The position numbers and the translations under genes are program-made. From Candidatus Bathyarchaeota archaeon (GTDB lineage Archaea; Thermoproteota; Bathyarchaeia; TCS64): a stretch of DNA of 64,000 nt. Positions 62,268-64,000 of the stretch are shown in pieces. The stretch lies in the NCBI GenBank assembly GCA_963771885.1, contig CAVYVF010000022.1:288001-352000 (forward strand). Direction: 5' to 3'. Below the pieces are notes generated by a model that saw only the letters and a list, made by a program, of their open reading frames with translations, was not told where the DNA came from and made no database searches. Each line of letters starts with the position of its first letter. Positions within the stretch are counted from its first letter, which is position 1.

Positions 62268-62747
62268 GTGGTTGGCGTGACGGAAATTGTGTCTGAATTG
62301 AGGGGTTTTTGGGGAACTAGTGACCCCCGGGTTCTAATCATTGGAGTCGGAAGGAGGATAAGAGGCGACGAGTCGGCGGGGCTTCTCGTGGCGGAGTATC
62401 TCAGGGGTAGGGTGGGGGACCACCTGGTTGTGGTCGCTGAGGATAGACCCGAGAACTATACAGATGTGATCAGACGATACAACCCGTCTCGGATCCTCTA
62501 CGTCTTAGCTGCGAGGAGCGGAGGCGCACCTGGTGAGACGAGGTTGGTGCCTTTTGAAGAGCATGAGAGGGTACTGTTGCACGAGTCGCCGCTGACTACG
62601 CTGAACCACTTTCTCTCTTCCCTGATGGGGGTTGAGGTGAGTATGCTGCTCATCGAGCCCTGGACGGTGATGGGTGAGGAGTCACCCGGCATGATACGGA
62701 CAGCTAAGTTGATCGCCGAGGAAATAGTGAACTCTCTGCCAAACTAG
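62268..62747 (+). CDS. degenerate hydrogenase maturation protease homolog
   Basis: GVGRRIRGDESAG, RPENY and H..PL motifs resemble HycI, but the DA metal ligand reads LA. Confidence 0.65.
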   Translation: MVGVTEIVSELRGFWGTSDPRVLIIGVGRRIRGDESAGLLVAEYLRGRVGDHLVVVAEDRPENYTDVIRRYNPSRILYVLAARSGGAPGETRLVPFEEHERVLLHESPLTTLNHFLSSLMGVEVSMLLIEPWTVMGEESPGMIRTAKLIAEEIVNSLPN

Positions 62748-63358
62748 AATTGAATGCAAAAGTTCTCAAGGAGTTGGCTTGTCTTCACGAGTCTAACACC
62801 CATTCGTCGCCAATCGACGAAGCACTGCTCAGCATTTTCGGCGTCTATCTCCTTAATGGCGTCTTCAACGACTATCGTTTTGTAGCCAAGCTCTACAATG
62901 TATCTGACAGCGAGGTCAACGCAGATATCTGAGGCTACCCCGTAGACCGTGACGAGGCCCGGGGCGATCTTGGTTAGGAATGGCTTAACGTTTGGGTTTG
63001 TGCGAGCGTCGTTGTGCTGCTTCTCGAATAATAGTTGGGCACTGCTCGTGATGGATTCGTTGAGCTGCTCTCCGGTTAGTCTTCTGGAGGGGATATGTAT
63101 AGGTGTTTCCCGTATTGACTCGGGGACCTTGAGTTGGCCGGGTGTGCCGTAAATGCAGTGTGGGGGCCAAGTACCGAACTCGGGGTCTCGAGGTGTGTGG
63201 GCGTCGACAGATCCTGCGTGTATGAGGTCTTTGTGATTGGCGTTTGTGAGTCTCTTGAGGTTGGGGAGGATGGTGGTGGCGCCGGGGGCGGTTAATTTGC
63301 CGTTCGGGTCGATGAAGTCGTGCTGGGTATCGACGTCCCAGAGTAGAGTCTTCGCCAT
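62744..63358 (-). CDS. pncA: nicotinamidase / isochorismatase-family hydrolase
   Basis: VDTQHDF, D.H, WPPHC, K and GVASDICV motifs; adjacent to a NAPRTase gene. Confidence 0.8.
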   Translation of the reverse strand: MAKTLLWDVDTQHDFIDPNGKLTAPGATTILPNLKRLTNANHKDLIHAGSVDAHTPRDPEFGTWPPHCIYGTPGQLKVPESIRETPIHIPSRRLTGEQLNESITSSAQLLFEKQHNDARTNPNVKPFLTKIAPGLVTVYGVASDICVDLAVRYIVELGYKTIVVEDAIKEIDAENAEQCFVDWRRMGVRLVKTSQLLENFCIQF

Positions 63359-63485
63359 GTTAGGTGTGGCTCATTTCTTAGAATTTAGATTTGTTTGTGT
63401 TACCCCTTAGATTAAATGGGTGTTAGGGGTAGGCGCATGCGTTCGTATCATTTTTTTATCGTTTTGAGAGTGTGTGTTTTGTCAC

Positions 63486-64000
63486 CTAGTTACTTGAGTA
63501 TTCTTTTGTCAGCTTTGTAGTGAGGGCTTGGAGATTTTTACTAATGTGGAGCTCGTAGGGTTGGGGTGCCTTGATCTTCTTACAGGTATCGGGGAGCTTG
63601 GCGACACTCTCGACCGAATAGTCCCGTATCTTGCTTAGGGTGAGGCGTTTCTTCAAGCGGTGGCCGTTTTCCGCAACCTTCCTGAGGAGGGGCGTGCCTA
63701 TGGGCTCTTCCCCGTCGAGTTGGAGCACATCGTGAGTGTAGCGGTTATTCAACTCGATTCGACAAAGTTGCTTGCGTCCGGGGTAAGTCTTCTTGCTATC
63801 GGATAGTTTGATCCTCGGGCCGTAGTTGTCCTCGACGAGCTTGTAGACGCCGCCGAGAGCGGCGATCGGCTTGGCGGTTATCATCTCGGTTCCTACGCCG
63901 TAGCTGTCGACTGGTGCCTCGTGGCGGGTGAAGGCGTCAATCTTGTACTCGTTCAGGTCGCTGCTGACGACTATTTTGACGTATTTTAGGTCCGCTTTGT
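63486..64000 (-). CDS. pncB: nicotinate phosphoribosyltransferase (3' part, truncated by window)
   Basis: KIVVSSDLNEYKI..DSYGVGT..LGGVYKLV..IKLS..KKTYPGRKQ. Confidence 0.88.
   Translation of the reverse strand, partial: KADLKYVKIVVSSDLNEYKIDAFTRHEAPVDSYGVGTEMITAKPIAALGGVYKLVEDNYGPRIKLSDSKKTYPGRKQLCRIELNNRYTHDVLQLDGEEPIGTPLLRKVAENGHRLKKRLTLSKIRDYSVESVAKLPDTCKKIKAPQPYELHISKNLQALTTKLTKEYSSN

Noticed and set aside
1..64000. Numerous antisense and alternate-frame ORFs; tRNA, rRNA, transposases, integrases
   Set aside because: The overlapping ORFs are shadows expected from GC3-rich coding sequence. No RNA gene or mobile-element signature was recognised by eye, and a tRNAscan/Infernal run would be needed to exclude small RNAs.

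Overview
Archaeal chromosomal segment, probably from a TACK-type lineage such as Bathyarchaeia. This is an inference from the PolB1-type polymerase, archaeal AsnRS, a CdvA-like coiled coil, an A-type ATPase and TATA-box promoters close to start codons. Main contents: agmatinase, DNA polymerase B1 and asnS; a block of amino-acid hydrolases (divergent SHMT-fold enzyme, three M20 metallohydrolases); an A1-ATPase operon (F-H/G-E-A-B-D-C, with no membrane I/K subunits); a 12-gene complex-I-like membrane [NiFe]-hydrogenase operon (nuoA-B-C-D-H-I-J'-J''-K-N-L-M-like) with its maturation protease; an oligopeptide ABC transporter; nucleotide-sugar genes including UDP-sulfoquinovose synthase; several membrane proteases (two HtrA, PrsW, two presenilin-family); and NAD salvage genes. 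About ten genes, including essential ones, are frameshifted, and nearly all are repaired by deleting one base, which points to insertion-biased sequencing error. The most unusual signals are: (i) a 216-codon zinc-ribbon gene missed by the ORF track, with an unbroken frame but seven in-frame stops (6 TAG, 1 TAA); (ii) an ~800-bp non-coding locus with a phased 4x3 array of TAACA repeats, an imperfect inverted repeat and a local strand-skew switch (candidate origin or centromere-like site); (iii) a genuine NiFe hydrogenase carrying the full three-antiporter complex I membrane arm; (iv) a eukaryote-like presenilin whose second catalytic Asp is Glu. No rRNA, tRNA, CRISPR array or transposase was recognised.
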